In this document: one piece after another, positions 22,314-34,202 of the stretch | Position numbering within the stretch: the stretch's first letter is position 1 | Layout of the letters: every line of letters begins with the position of its first letter | DNA from: Coniocarpon cinnabarinum | Lineage: Eukaryota | DNA: 64,000 nt | Direction of reading: 5' to 3' | Assembly: GCA_051942205.1 (NCBI GenBank) | Contig: JAVECO010000012.1 | Location: 124,001 to 188,000 of the forward strand | Position numbers and translations under genes: made by a program | The notes under the pieces: generated by a model | The model's input: only the letters and a program-made list of their open reading frames with translations | What the model was told of the DNA's origin: nothing | Database searches by the model: none

Positions 22314-23089
22314 ATGTGCAACCTTACAGAAGACTGCTACCCTCGTCTGAACGTCGCGGTCAAAGTGGATGCCGCACCACCGTCAACTAAACCTGAGATA
22401 AAGAATGGTACGACACGATCTTCGATCTCCCTGCATCTTCCAACTCGTTGCTCTGACTAAAGGGTATTCACCCAGGCAAAGACCCTCGCCCCAGGATGAC
22501 AACGTCCAGATCCGACCATCGGAGTGGTGACCCATGGTGGGACCGTTATCCAATGAGTGACATCCTTCCCCGAGCAGACATCTACCAGATCAGTCGAAAG
22601 TACGGGATGCGGACTACCTCACCAGCCGCTCTAACAGACATCCTGGATTGGGCTGCAAAGGGCTCCGGCGACGTCCACTTATACCTCTTCCGCACAGCCT
22701 ACAAAGACCTACCTCCGGGTATGACAATCGCCGAGAAAAGCCCCGTACTTCCGTTGTCTCAAGTGTTTGCGTCGGAGATTGGGAAGATATTCGCGTCGCG
22801 AAGCTGTGACATGCAATTTCGACATTGGAATTACGTCGGAAGAATAGGCTGTGATTGGGGCGCTGTGGACGTCGAGAGGGAAACGCAGCCGGATGATAAG
22901 TTTAAGCTGATTTTTGCAACTGACGCGTGCGCGTCCGGCATGTGTGAGACGTGCATTCCTGGGGAGATGCGACCACGGGAGACTCGAGGTGAGTTTGGGA
23001 TCCTGGCCGAGTTGGCGTGGTCGCTGACAGAGCACCGAGAACTTGTGGTACATCTCATCCCTGATCAGGGACACGTGTCGTTCAAATGA
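22314..23089 (+). CDS. Hypothetical protein, 2 exons
   Basis: ATG 22314; intron 22408-22475 (gtacga...ctgac...cag) joins in frame to the 197-aa ORF. Globular-looking sequence (PWWDRYP, WNYVGRIGCDWG, CETC); no family recognised. Confidence 0.55.
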
Positions 23090-24307
23090 TGACGAGGTAT
23101 CTCTAACACTGATTCTGGAATGGCCCAACGACGTTGCGGATGCTGAGGCTCTCGAATGATCTTGTAAACGGTTCATGTTCGGTGTCACTAAGGTCAGTCA
23201 GGTCCACTCTCCCATTCAATCATGCTTCCAAATAGCGGTCTCCGACCGGATTCATCTTCTCTGTGGAATATTCAGCTTACGTAACGCGCACGCCTTCATA
23301 AAAACATCGTCACTGATCTGCAAAACGTAAATACCAGAGGTATTTGCTTAGTAAATGTCATATCACCTCTGCGGTAATAATTGTATGACAAGTCACCAGC
23401 GCCACGCTCGATAATCAAGTGATGTCTTCGTATCTGAACCGCTCACTAACTTCCTGACGGCAAGATCGTGGGAATCAGCGCGTTAGAAACCGAGACGTTA
23501 GAATGAGCAACTTAGCTGGAATGACGCTGTGAGCTTTGCTACGACTTGCTTGGTATCCACGGGATGTTTCGTGTTTGGGGAGAAGAGGGCGAGGAGGGAT
23601 TCCCGGGCTAGCTTGTGGAATGGCTTGTGAATATGGCTTGTGGCAATGGCTTACGAAGAGATCTCATGAAAAGACTTGTGGAGCTGCCTCGCGGTTACGG
23701 CGACGGCGTTCCTTATACATGCACGTGCAAGTTTCTGTTCTACTGCGCCGCCCGTTGTCTGAGATGAACATCCCCCCGTTGATGCACCAATTTCGGTACG
23801 GCAAACCGCTGGAATGGGCCGCTGTTTGGTTTGAAACACGTATCAGCATCCTGCAGAAGTGGCGTATAAGAGTATCATGGTCGACGGCTCTTGTCATTTG
23901 TAGCAGCAGCAGCAGTAGCAGCAGCATCCTCTCAACAATCAGTAATGCCATCACAGTGGATTGTTGTCGTTTTGCTCAGCAGCAGCCGCCTCTTTGGAGA
24001 GGAAGGTTGAGGGTAGCGAAAGACATGTGAATTAAGCCATGGAGGAGTCACAACTATGTGCTGCCAGAATTCACTCAGACCGATCACATGGGGAAACTCC
24101 GTGACGGAACCATATGTCAGTTCAAGTCGGATCCTTCTACCACTCTTTGCGTCATGGTGCTCATCATCTTTGCAAAAGGATTTCGGCTCCAGGCACTTCC
24201 ACCCGCTAACTTCTCCTGCGATGCAATCCTCACGGCGAACTGGTATCCTCATCCTCAGCAGCAGCCACCTTGTCGCCTGAAAGTCTTGAGTCATCCGTGC
24301 GGGACCC

Positions 24308-24847
24308 TTACGGCTTCAGGTACCCCTTCTTAGTCAACTCTTCAGCGATGTGATTCTCGCAGCCGCCATGGACCTCTTTGCACCCCAGAGGCAGGAAAAT
24401 ATAACGAGCGGTGTGGTAGCGTCCATCGGATTTAAAGCGAGGACACCAACCAATCGCTGCACAGGAATTGAACAGATCCCCAGCGATTTTTTCGATGTTG
24501 AGATGAATGCTGATCTTCGTCGCTTGGTCGAAACGCTCGACTCTATCGCCGTTCAATGGTAAATTTCGGGCTTCCATGATTTCATCTTTGGTCAAACGCT
24601 TTGACGCTGCCACTTCTCCAGTTTCATCGATCAAACGCTCTAACGCCACCACTTGTGCACATTCATCGACGACCACTATCTGAAATTCCTTCTTCTGTTC
24701 CATCATCTCGTCGAAGCGGACTTCCTGGTGGTCGAGAGGATACTCGAAAGAGGTGTCTTTCACGCCGTTATTGAGGGATTTAGTGATGTTGCCCTCATAT
24801 TGGAGCTCTCGAAGCAACTCTGACATTGCCTGATCGTGCGGAGACAT
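24308..24847 (-). CDS. Hypothetical protein; may continue into ORF 23932-24294
   Basis: About 180-aa ORF with normal composition whose stop overlaps a gtaagg donor-like site; no convincing in-frame acceptor found. Confidence 0.4.
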   Translation of the reverse strand: MSPHDQAMSELLRELQYEGNITKSLNNGVKDTSFEYPLDHQEVRFDEMMEQKKEFQIVVVDECAQVVALERLIDETGEVAASKRLTKDEIMEARNLPLNGDRVERFDQATKISIHLNIEKIAGDLFNSCAAIGWCPRFKSDGRYHTARYIFLPLGCKEVHGGCENHIAEELTKKGYLKP

Positions 24848-25396
24848 GGCGTGGGTTTGGCTTGAATTGATGATGGATTGCAATGAGAAGCGATGATGAA
24901 GAGTTGCGGGAAGACGCAGGCGATCAAGGTCTCAAATACTTGAGGACTCTGTTTGCCCGGGCTGAGTAAGACTAGCATGGCCCAGCAGTCGTTTGTCGTC
25001 TGCGTTACATTTTCAAACGCCGCAAGTCACGGGTTATTCCTTGTCCCACCAAATGTATGACGTGTTGTGTCCAGTATTCAAACGCTGGTCTTGCCTTGCT
25101 GTGCTAGGAAATGCTGCGATCGGGAAGCTTGCATGCAACAAAGCACACATGGTGGTTAGTCAGCAAAAACAGGTCATGGTCTCACTGCAGTAAATTGTAT
25201 AGCTTTAGGATACGCATTGACTTATCGGTCTGTGAGGACAGTAGGCCACCCGGAAAACAGAGCGGGCAGATTTAAGACCCAGCACCTGCTGAATAGCATG
25301 GCAGAGGCGCATCTACGTTGCGCACACAATCCATCAGCAAAGACAATTTCAGCGTATCGCAAAGCATATGCATTGACGAGATGGGACTTGTTCGAG

Positions 25397-26305
25397 CTAT
25401 TTCTGATGCTCGTTATTGCCAGTGCCTCGCTCTTGTGAGGAAAAGTCATGCGCCAATTCTTCTGAATTCAGCTCGTCCAAAGTAGATGAATCGTCTTCCA
25501 GTGGCTGGTCGTTCATTGCTGCATCAACAGTGCCTTCGGAAGCTCTGGTGGAGGTCTTGGATACCGTCGACTGTGGACTGGCCTGAATGCGTGTTTCTGA
25601 AGAGTTCAAGGGTGTGTCACTCTGAGACTTGTCTTGTGGGCTTTCTTCTTTGATGCGCTTGCGAGGTATCGAGACCTCAATAGATGTTTCGTCATCGCCG
25701 CAAGACTCGTGCGAGCGCTTCTTACCTCTATTCTCTCCTGGTAGTGGGAGACCCTCCATCTGGGTGCTTGAGGAGCTGCCGCTGTCAGACTGCTTTTCCG
25801 CCTTAATAGCCTTTCGCGTCGCTTTCTTTTCGGCTTTCTCGCGCGTTTTGAAAGCTCCAAGCTTCTTCGTCTTGTCTTTTCTGTGATGCTTCATGCTCTC
25901 AAGTTTTGACAAGACCCTTCGGAGAGTGACCTTGATGCCATCTTCGACCCAATATTCTGCATCCACTTTCTTGCATGGTTTACACTTGGGAGTGGGCCAG
26001 TAGTCTTCGAGCTCACAAGATGCCATCGTTTGCTGACGGGCATCCCACGCTTTGCTCCATCGCTTCTTCGCACCCTTCTGAAGAGCTTTGGTATGGTACT
26101 CAACCACCGAGGCCAGGGAGCTGCTGGCTGAAGCAATGGATATGGCAGTCCCGTAGTAGTCCGGCCCGTTGCTGGAAGGATATCCTAGGATAGAGTCGTA
26201 GTCCGCTGACAGTCGAAGGATGACGATCTTGCGAATGGCATCGCGTTTGACGTCGCTCCATGATACGTGAGGCAGGCTTGGCTGATAAGGCTGTGCATTC
26301 TCCAT
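25397..26305 (-). CDS. Divergent F-box-like protein with CxxC and a disordered Lys/Ser-rich tail (paralogue D)
   Basis: 302-aa ATG-initiated ORF: VKRDAIRKIVILRL, DYYGTAISIASASSSLASVV, CKPCKKVDAEYW, matching the layout of paralogue A. Confidence 0.6.
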   Translation of the reverse strand: MENAQPYQPSLPHVSWSDVKRDAIRKIVILRLSADYDSILGYPSSNGPDYYGTAISIASASSSLASVVEYHTKALQKGAKKRWSKAWDARQQTMASCELEDYWPTPKCKPCKKVDAEYWVEDGIKVTLRRVLSKLESMKHHRKDKTKKLGAFKTREKAEKKATRKAIKAEKQSDSGSSSSTQMEGLPLPGENRGKKRSHESCGDDETSIEVSIPRKRIKEESPQDKSQSDTPLNSSETRIQASPQSTVSKTSTRASEGTVDAAMNDQPLEDDSSTLDELNSEELAHDFSSQERGTGNNEHQK

Positions 26306-27151
26306 TGTGAGCTATGACGGTGTTGTCGCCCTCGCATAGAATGATAGCATCATTCTGCGAATCCGCTGCTTTCCCTGAAAGAAACGAGTGCTCGGTTTAT
26401 ATAGCTTGTAGACATACGGCAGCGGGCGGCAACATGCACAAGTGACATGTTGACTGGCTTGCGAAGTTCACTTGATGTCTGAGTCAATCTTTTGTGGTAT
26501 GTTGATGAAATTAGTATGGGTGTCAATTTCAGTGAAATTGTCACTCGCTTGTGTAAGTCGACATTATCAGTGAAACATATTCTAGGACACGCTTTGGCTG
26601 GTCAAAAGCTGATTCTGTTTACAAAGATTCGCACTTTGAGAGCTACACCTATTGCTCACTTTACGCATTGCCTTGACCTGGCGCATATGAGGACGCAAGG
26701 ACTTGAGCCATGCTACTACCAAACATGGAAGTTCAGCCTTCCAAGCCATCACTGGCACCCTAAGGCGGCGTGATCGTCCCAACGTTCTTTCTCTATGAGA
26801 CTTGTCGAGGGTCAAGCGCCAGTACATCTGGTTGAGGAAGATACTTAGAGTTAAGCAGAAGTGTACGATCCAAGGCATACACGGTTTGGATCATCACGTG
26901 ACGACGTGCGCGAGCTTGTTGAAATGGGTGTCGCCAGGTAGCTGTTCTGACTTGCATCTCTCTGTTCATGCGGATAGTCCTTTGTTGCGTTGGAAGCTGT
27001 GCTGGAATACCATCAACATTGGTTGTGCAGGACGATGATCTTCTCATTCTTTTTTTTTTTTTTTTTCGCGTAGAGCGCTGTTAAGGCGCCGTGAAACGAG
27101 GAACCTCTAATCTGTCCATGGTGCAATTTGCAGGAATGTGGTTTCAAGATA

Positions 27152-27604
27152 CTACCAATTTTGCGTGTAGATGGAACTTTTCTTGAGTTCATCCAGAGCT
27201 TGACGCAAGATACCTTCAAGATACAATTCAAATTGATACTGCTGCTCAAATTCCCCATCTTCTTCAGAGGCATGATGTTTCTTTGTCTCATTGTGCTGCG
27301 CCTTCAAAGATTGTAGGTAGGTGGTTGTCTTTTCGCGTATATAACGGTGAGCAACAGGATGAATGGCTGCCAGACACGTAGCAGAACGAGGATAGTCGCG
27401 AGGCGTGTTCCTAATGTCCATGTCAAGACGAATGTCAATGATGACTTGCATGACACTAGTCGGCAGTTTCGGCATAGATGGCTCGTTAACCCAGGGCTCG
27501 TTTACACGTGGTATTGAACTCCATTTTAGACTTTCGCCACTCGACCTCCAAGTGGCGGAATTGCATTCTTGATCGGTCCAAGCGTTCTTTTCAGAATCCA
27601 TCAT
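27152..27604 (-). CDS. Short divergent F-box-like protein (paralogue E)
   Basis: KLPTSVMQVIIDIRL and DYPRSATCLAAIHPVAHRYI align with paralogues A and D. Confidence 0.5.
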   Translation of the reverse strand: MMDSEKNAWTDQECNSATWRSSGESLKWSSIPRVNEPWVNEPSMPKLPTSVMQVIIDIRLDMDIRNTPRDYPRSATCLAAIHPVAHRYIREKTTTYLQSLKAQHNETKKHHASEEDGEFEQQYQFELYLEGILRQALDELKKSSIYTQNW

Positions 27605-29056
27605 GATAGGTCCAGCCAGCTCTATGTCAAAGGATTAGCACGAATCAACGAAAGAAGGCGTGGGATGTTTAGGCTAGTTGTTGACGCAAAGATGTGTGTC
27701 GATCTTGTCGGAAGCTTCATGATGCCTTCAGTCTTTGACCACCTCAAAGATACGGGGCTAGGTTGCCATAGTGACACCTTGGTAACACGATCCTGACGCG
27801 CATCCTGCGGGGTCGCGCTCAGCGATCACATGCCGCGCTTGAACTCTCCACAAAGTTTCAATACCTGTACCTTTACACTAAAGGGTGAATATTCTCGAAC
27901 AAGGCTCCCCGAAGGCTTCTCTAGCTATGCACAAAATGAATTTCCCTAGAGGTCGCAAGAGGTTTAGAGTCGTTTCATGATGCGCACAACGAAGGGGTTT
28001 CTGGCAGCCGCAGTCTACATCTTCTTCTTGATTCCTGGCCGCAAGGACGTCATCCAGCTTGGGTGGTGGAGTAATACAGATTGAGGGGACGCTTGTGTAA
28101 GTTATGCTCTCTGAAAAAAAAAAACTTCGCCAAGAAGTTCCCGAAGGTTGACAGCTCTAACCAAGCGAAAGCTTTGTACGTTGATCAAATTTCCTTCGGC
28201 GGTCCCCCAGCCATGTAGGTCCCAGCTTGAAGGTTCTCTTACCACGAGCTCTTGCTCGCGCGCCGTGATCAGCCCTTCCAGCATGGTAAGCTTTTTAGAT
28301 TCTCAACCCTGATCTTGACTTTGAAGGCGTACATCGCTGTAGAGCTCTAGCATTCAAGTGAGTATGCCCAGAGCTCCCCTAAGAAACCCTGAAACATTCC
28401 GAAATCAGATCACCGTACTACATTTCCAAGCCAGAGAAAGTTATGATGCTGCTGTCGTTTCTTAAGGCTTTGAAGTTGGGGTAGCTTCCAGTAAGACGAG
28501 AAAAGTCTCCGACACGGGACTCTTGCTATTAAAGGTGATATTCCATATAGCGCATACAACTTCAGAGGAAGCACTGTTCAATCTGCATGCGAATGTAGCA
28601 AGCAAAACGTCTAGGCCAAGCTCGAGGAAGATCTGCAGGGCTCTTCCGACACAGTGAGGGGAGTCGGACCATTGTCATCAAGCCATTGTTTTCAACAGAA
28701 CGCTTCATCTCTCGCAGTAATCATTGTCAGGGGTTTGATCGCAAGCTGCAAGCTTGGGTACGAGGAGCAGGAAGAGAGGTTGTTTATCGTCAGGGATCGT
28801 GGGACCAACTATCACGTGATCGTTCTTTTTTATTCTCACCGTGAGAGGTCACCATCATACAGAACCCCATAATTGCGGGTGACCGATCATTAGTGGATTC
28901 TGTCGGCTCAATGCGCTTGCAGAGCTACGAATTCTTCCGCAGGACAAGATGCTTACTGACTGTCCAGCCTGAGTCAGACTATACTAACGCTGGGCTTAGC
29001 TTTCGTATCGTGCTTTGTGCTTCACAAACTTGCGCGGCGCAAAACATAACCACCTT

Positions 29057-29869
29057 CTAGGCGTATTCTTTCGCCAATGTTGCACATGTCTGACCATCTT
29101 TGTGCTCATGATACGGACACAAGTCCAAGTTTTCCAGCCAGCTCCTTGGGGCCCGTTCAGCGCCGTGACCCTCGTCAACGAATTTTTTGTGCATGATGGC
29201 GAAGCAGTCGGCAAGGAACGCCTTAGGTATCACGACCTCGCAATCCTCAAAAGATAATGGCTTCCCGTCAGAATCACTTTTCGGCACTACTATAGCCCAA
29301 TTTGTGCCTACTGAGATCAATGCGATGAAGCGACGTATTTTAGCTGACCTCGGAGTTGCGTTGTACATCCAGGATATGGTATGTATCATAAAGGTCCAGG
29401 AGGCTAATACCATCTCTCTTATTGCGTCAATAGCTGAATTCTGGAGGGTTGGAATGTTCTTCTGATGAGCGAATACCCACGTCTTGATTGCCAAAGCTTC
29501 TTGGTGTCCGAAATGTTTCTTATCTTTGTTCTTCCCGCCAGCTGTGTCAAATAACGAACCGCTGTACAGTCAGTAGTGGAAGCATGTGATTACATCACAT
29601 TCATCCTCGCGAAGCGACACCTCGCCAGTGATGCCTTCTGAAAAAGGTCCTCGGAGAGCATGGTGGAAGAAAGTAGAGTAGAAACACAGAAGCGCCGTAT
29701 GAACGAAGAATTTCTGGCCTTTCTCTCCGACAAGTATGGTACTGACAGGCCCTTGCAATAGCCTGACTGATCAGTTGAAGATACGATTCCGAATGGTTGT
29801 CCATTCTTTTGAAGCTTACGATTGATCCGGTGGAGCACCACGTTTTCGAAAATATATAGACGGAGCCAT
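29057..29869 (-). pseudogene. BTB/POZ protein paralogue 1 with an in-frame TGA at a conserved Trp (pseudogene or recoded)
   Basis: Exon 29869-29820, intron 29763-29819, then LLQGPVSTILVG...FFVHTALLCFYSTFF...FHY*LYSGS (TGA 29570-29572), continuing in the same frame to LQNSAID...CPYHEHKDGQTC. Confidence 0.8.
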
Positions 29870-30801
29870 GCCGATGAATGACGTAGAAAAGGCTTCCACA
29901 CCACGTCTCAATACTGACAATATGTGCTTGCATGCACAGTGTTGCTGTTTCTGAGCTTGCACGATGAACTTGACCAAATGTGCATGAAGCAGTAGTTGAG
30001 GCGTTGTTGCCTGTGACTGTCAGTCGGACCTCATGCTACACCTCGCATCTTCACCGCCTTTACATGATGACGTAGGTTATGCAGTTTGTTAAACAGGCAA
30101 AGCATATTCAGCGTCAGAAGAAAGCAGTGTTGAAATACTGTGAACTGCTCGCGTGGCCACAAATAATCTGAGCAGCTACGCAACCCAATCATCCTGCACC
30201 AATATGTCTCGTATTATCTACATAGCATGTTCACCCTTAAACAGCTATGCCCGTCACATTGAGTGAACCAATTACAACCATGGAATTGATTCAAATATGA
30301 TTTGATTCGCAGCAGGAACAAAATTTCAAGTTCGACTCAAGACTTCGAAGGTCAGCGACCGCTATTTATGCGTTTGGAACTGAACAAACCCAAGCTCTCG
30401 TATTAGATTCGATAGCTTTGGTTGACCTGAAGAAGAAATTAATCTTGTCTCGGGTATGCTGACGGTTTCTTTGCTATTGACAATATGCCACCATAACTGG
30501 AGCTCTAAAGATGGATGCTAAAGCGAAAGGAGATGCAAAGTGTGCTTCCACGTAATTGAGTCACACAAAGAAGACTCAGGGCTCCAGCCCATCAAGCGCA
30601 CAATAGCCCGTAAAGAAGTACACGTGCCACAATCTTTACATATACGACGACGGACTCAAATTCTTGTAGGGTTCATCATACCTAGTAATTGGATCATGAT
30701 AGTCTTCTGCGCGATCTCTCTCGTGACACTCCAGACCTCTACATGAAATCTACATTAGTCCCGATCATACAGCACGCGCAGCTTGCACCTTGCGCACATG
30801 A

Positions 30802-31613
30802 TCAAGCACTTCGTGGACGCGCATCCCGCATGGCCCGGTCCTCCTCCGCCAATACCCGACACCCCTTACCATCCCTATGCTCATGAAAAGCACAAATGTC
30901 CAACTTCTTAAGCTTGTCCTCCTCGCGCTTCCCATGCCGAATGACCTCCCGCTGACGAAGCGTCAAGGCATGCACAAAATCTTGAGGCGGGAAGTTCCAA
31001 TGCGCAGGAACCGGCCGATTAAACAGCACTTCCAGGTTCTTAACGCCGACGAACTGTTCCAGCAGCCATGAGCGCACGGGCGACCGTCGCGGCGACAAGT
31101 TCCAAAGTCGATGGATCAACACCACTTCACACAGCTTCTTCGTGACATTGCTATTCCTATTAATAGCATCGAGCGCATCGTTCTGAAGGGCCGGCATGCC
31201 GCGACGATCAGCCAGCAACCACAACTCCACGAGCATCATCTGGAAGTTGTAGTCCTGGTACTCAGCATTGGTAAGGACACTGCCGTTGTACAGCCAGTGG
31301 TAGGCGCGATCGAAGACTTCAGGCTCCTCTTCGTCGAGATTGACGGTTTGGTAGCCTTTCGTGTCGCGGCCTTCGATGAAGAAGGGATTGTTGAGCATGG
31401 CGTTGAAGTAGTCGGAGTAATGAGTCAAGAGGGCTTTGTGGACGAAGTAGGTCTTTTTGTGGGAGCCTTGCCCGACGTTGAGACGTACAACTGGACCATG
31501 GAGGAGGCTAGGTAAGGTCAGCAGATGCGTTTGAAGAGGTATAAGTTTGGTACTAACATTGGTGGGGGAGGTGCGTCCTTCTTGCGGTAGTAGCGAAGCG
31601 ATGTTTGAGACAT
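30802..31613 (-). CDS. BTB/POZ domain protein paralogue 2
   Basis: Exon 31613-31558, intron 31508-31557; YFVHKALLTHYSDYF, LDEEEPEVF...WLYNGS, LWLLADRRGMPALQN, CAFHEHRDGKGC. Confidence 0.9.
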
Positions 31614-32006
31614 AGTTGTTGGGTCTTGGCTTAAAGTTGTTTCTTGTTAATGGAAAAGGGTAAGTATGCAGAATCACTTGCAAACAGGTATATAGTCAGC
31701 ACAATATTACGCCTATGCCTCTAGGTTTTGCTTGGTCTCCAACCTTGAGCACAACAAAGACACAGTGGCACCACAAATAGAGGGACGCAGTTTCCCATAA
31801 TTCTGGCAAACTGTACTTGAAGGGCGCATGAGCAAACACGACTGCCTAAATTAAGTTGTAATTATTCGCGTGCGTCACCGTTTGATGTATGCACTAATTC
31901 TTGAATGCGGGAGCGAATCCGTCATGCATAGCTAAAGCCGTTCTAGATACGCTGAACGGTGCACAGTGTCCCAAGGTTGAGGAGAACCGCCTCCGGGTCA
32001 TCTATC

Positions 32007-32898
32007 TTAGAGCAGGCGACACCTGAGATCTTGGTTCATCAAGATTTCGCAATTCTTGCCGTCTTCATGCTCGTGAAATTGACACATGTCCGTCTTCAGA
32101 AGACGTTCAAATATGTCGAGAGGTGTCTGCAATTTTGAAAGCTCACTCATGCGTATGATCATGAGCTTCAGCAAGTCAGGGTCGGCTGGAGCTTCCGAAT
32201 CTTGAACGATCTTTGTCAAATAATCTCGCTGGCCAATGTGAATGGCATAGATTTCGGTGACCCACAGGCGTACTTTCGAATTTGCCGAAGACTTCACGAA
32301 CAGGATCTGTTTGATTTGGTAGTCACAGACATATTGGTCCCGGCGGACGGACGTATGCAGTTCGTCGAGGACAGCATTTTGAAGAGCCGGCATATCGAGG
32401 TGATCTGCGAGTAGCCAAAGATTGACAAGATTGGTTTGGTGCGTTTCTTTGCTCTCGTTCGTAGAACCATCCGGCACGTTCACGACGCCGGTCTACAGAA
32501 ACACTCATAAGCATTTGTACAGGCACTCAGATGGTGATGTGCTTACGTAAAGCCAGTCAAAGACGTGGCCGAAAAGTATTGGTGACACATCGTTGAGATG
32601 CACTCTCCGGTGAGCGCTTGTATATAGTTTGTCATTTTCATCATTGAAAAAACGATCAAAATAGCCTGAGTAATGGCAGAGAAGCTTCTTATGAGCGTAG
32701 TAGGTCTTGGCCGCTTGGTTCTTGACAACACCAATAGTGACTGCCCAGCCGTGCATCAGACTAGCACAAGGTCAACCAATGTTTCTCACGAATGTCAAAA
32801 CGCACTTACTAGGTCAACGGAGGAGCGTCTTTCTTCCGATAGAATTGAAGATCCTGTAGCCCCTCCATCTCGCTGTTGGCTGCGGGCTGCAATGTCAT
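32007..32898 (-). CDS. BTB/POZ domain protein paralogue 3
   Basis: Introns 32761-32809 and 32493-32546; YYAHKKLLCHYSGYF, DWLYTG, LWLLADHLDMPALQN, CQFHEHEDGKNC. Confidence 0.88.
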
Positions 32899-33106
32899 TG
32901 GAGAGTAGAGGAACGTGCTCTCAAAGGCAAGGACGCTATTGCTTTCCATTCAGCGTTAAGGCCACACTGAACTTGTTGTAGAGTGTGCCAATTGCCCTGT
33001 CCAGTCATTGCTTCACCTCAAATATCATCTACTGAGTTGCGGCGTCGATGATATTGGAGAAGTACCGCAGTACCTACTTTAGCTATGAGTTACCAGAGTG
33101 ATCTGG

Positions 33107-33939
33107 TCAGCAAACGGATCCTCCTACATGTTCCTGCATATTACTTCGTGAGCACATGACTCTTCGGCAAGGCCTTGCACGAAGCTTGAGAGTTCACTCA
33201 CATGGAATTGACATGTATTGAGTTGCCTCAGCCACTTTCGAGCATCGGGCGGACGGCCACCCTGTTCAGCCACGCGGAAGAATGTCGTGAGTGCTGTCCG
33301 CCAAAACTCATGCGGAAGACCGCTACCAGTCTCCGAAGATGAGTTTGGACCAAGATCAAAAAATTCACCACACGCCGTATTGACAAAATTCTCCACGAGA
33401 AAGGACCTGAGGCGAGCGTTTGGCATTGTGTTCTCGAAAACGTAGCGGATGATAGACTTGTCCCAGTACCAGTATCTGAGGTCGACTTCACGAAAAGCGT
33501 CGATGGCACTGTTTTGCAACGCCGGCATGGACCTTCTATCACCAAACATCCACAGTGAGCATGAATCTTTCAAGTCTTGCAGGGTATTGGATTCGTGATC
33601 GACTATGGTGCCAGTCATAAGCCATCGGACAACGCGATTGAAAAGAACGGGATCCTCATCTTCGAGGTGGACGACGCCCTCCCGTGCCTCTCGAAAATGG
33701 CCCTCTAGCGCATTGTGAAAATATGTGGAGTAATGGCATAGGAGCGCACGTGGAAGGATGTGGATGCTTTCCTCGGTGATTGCGCCAACAATGATCTTTA
33801 CTCTGGGGCCTTCAAGCAATCTGTCGAACACATATCATGAGCCACTTCCACTGTGGTGTATCTACTATGCTTACAAGTGATGGGGCGCCGAGCCTGGTTT
33901 CCTTGTAAACCGTGAACCTGGTAGCTTTGACGCCTCCAT
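33107..33939 (-). CDS. BTB/POZ domain protein paralogue 4
   Basis: Introns 33821-33874 and 33134-33201; LLCHYSTYFHNALEGHFREA, LEDEDPVLF...WLMTG, MPALQNSAID, spliced end CQFHEHVGGSVC*. Confidence 0.9.
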
Positions 33940-34202
33940 GGTGACGAGTTCTTAGCAACGTTGAATCCAACGACGGACTTGGAATATGGGACCGGACACA
34001 AACCGAGATGCCAATGGATGCTGGATGCAACGTCCAACGCTTTTGAGATACTCGGGTTCACCCGTGCTGCGTGATCTCCGGGTCTCGAGGAACTAGTATA
34101 CGCTCGGGTCAGGTTACAGAATATGGTCAGGTGGCTCCAGTCACAGGTCACGTGTCAGCATCATTGACCCTCTTTGCCAGCGGAATGCATGTCGCAGGCA
34201 CC

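Noticed and set aside
27050..27066. 17-nt poly(T) as a retroposon tail for paralogue E
   Set aside because: It would be poly(A) about 85 nt after the stop on the coding strand, but no target-site duplication or intron-bearing parent is visible; a simple homopolymer is sufficient.
26350..28900. Short ORFs between the F-box-like and BTB genes (other than 27152-27604)
   Set aside because: No recognisable motifs or consistent splice structure; they may be decayed genes but cannot be supported.
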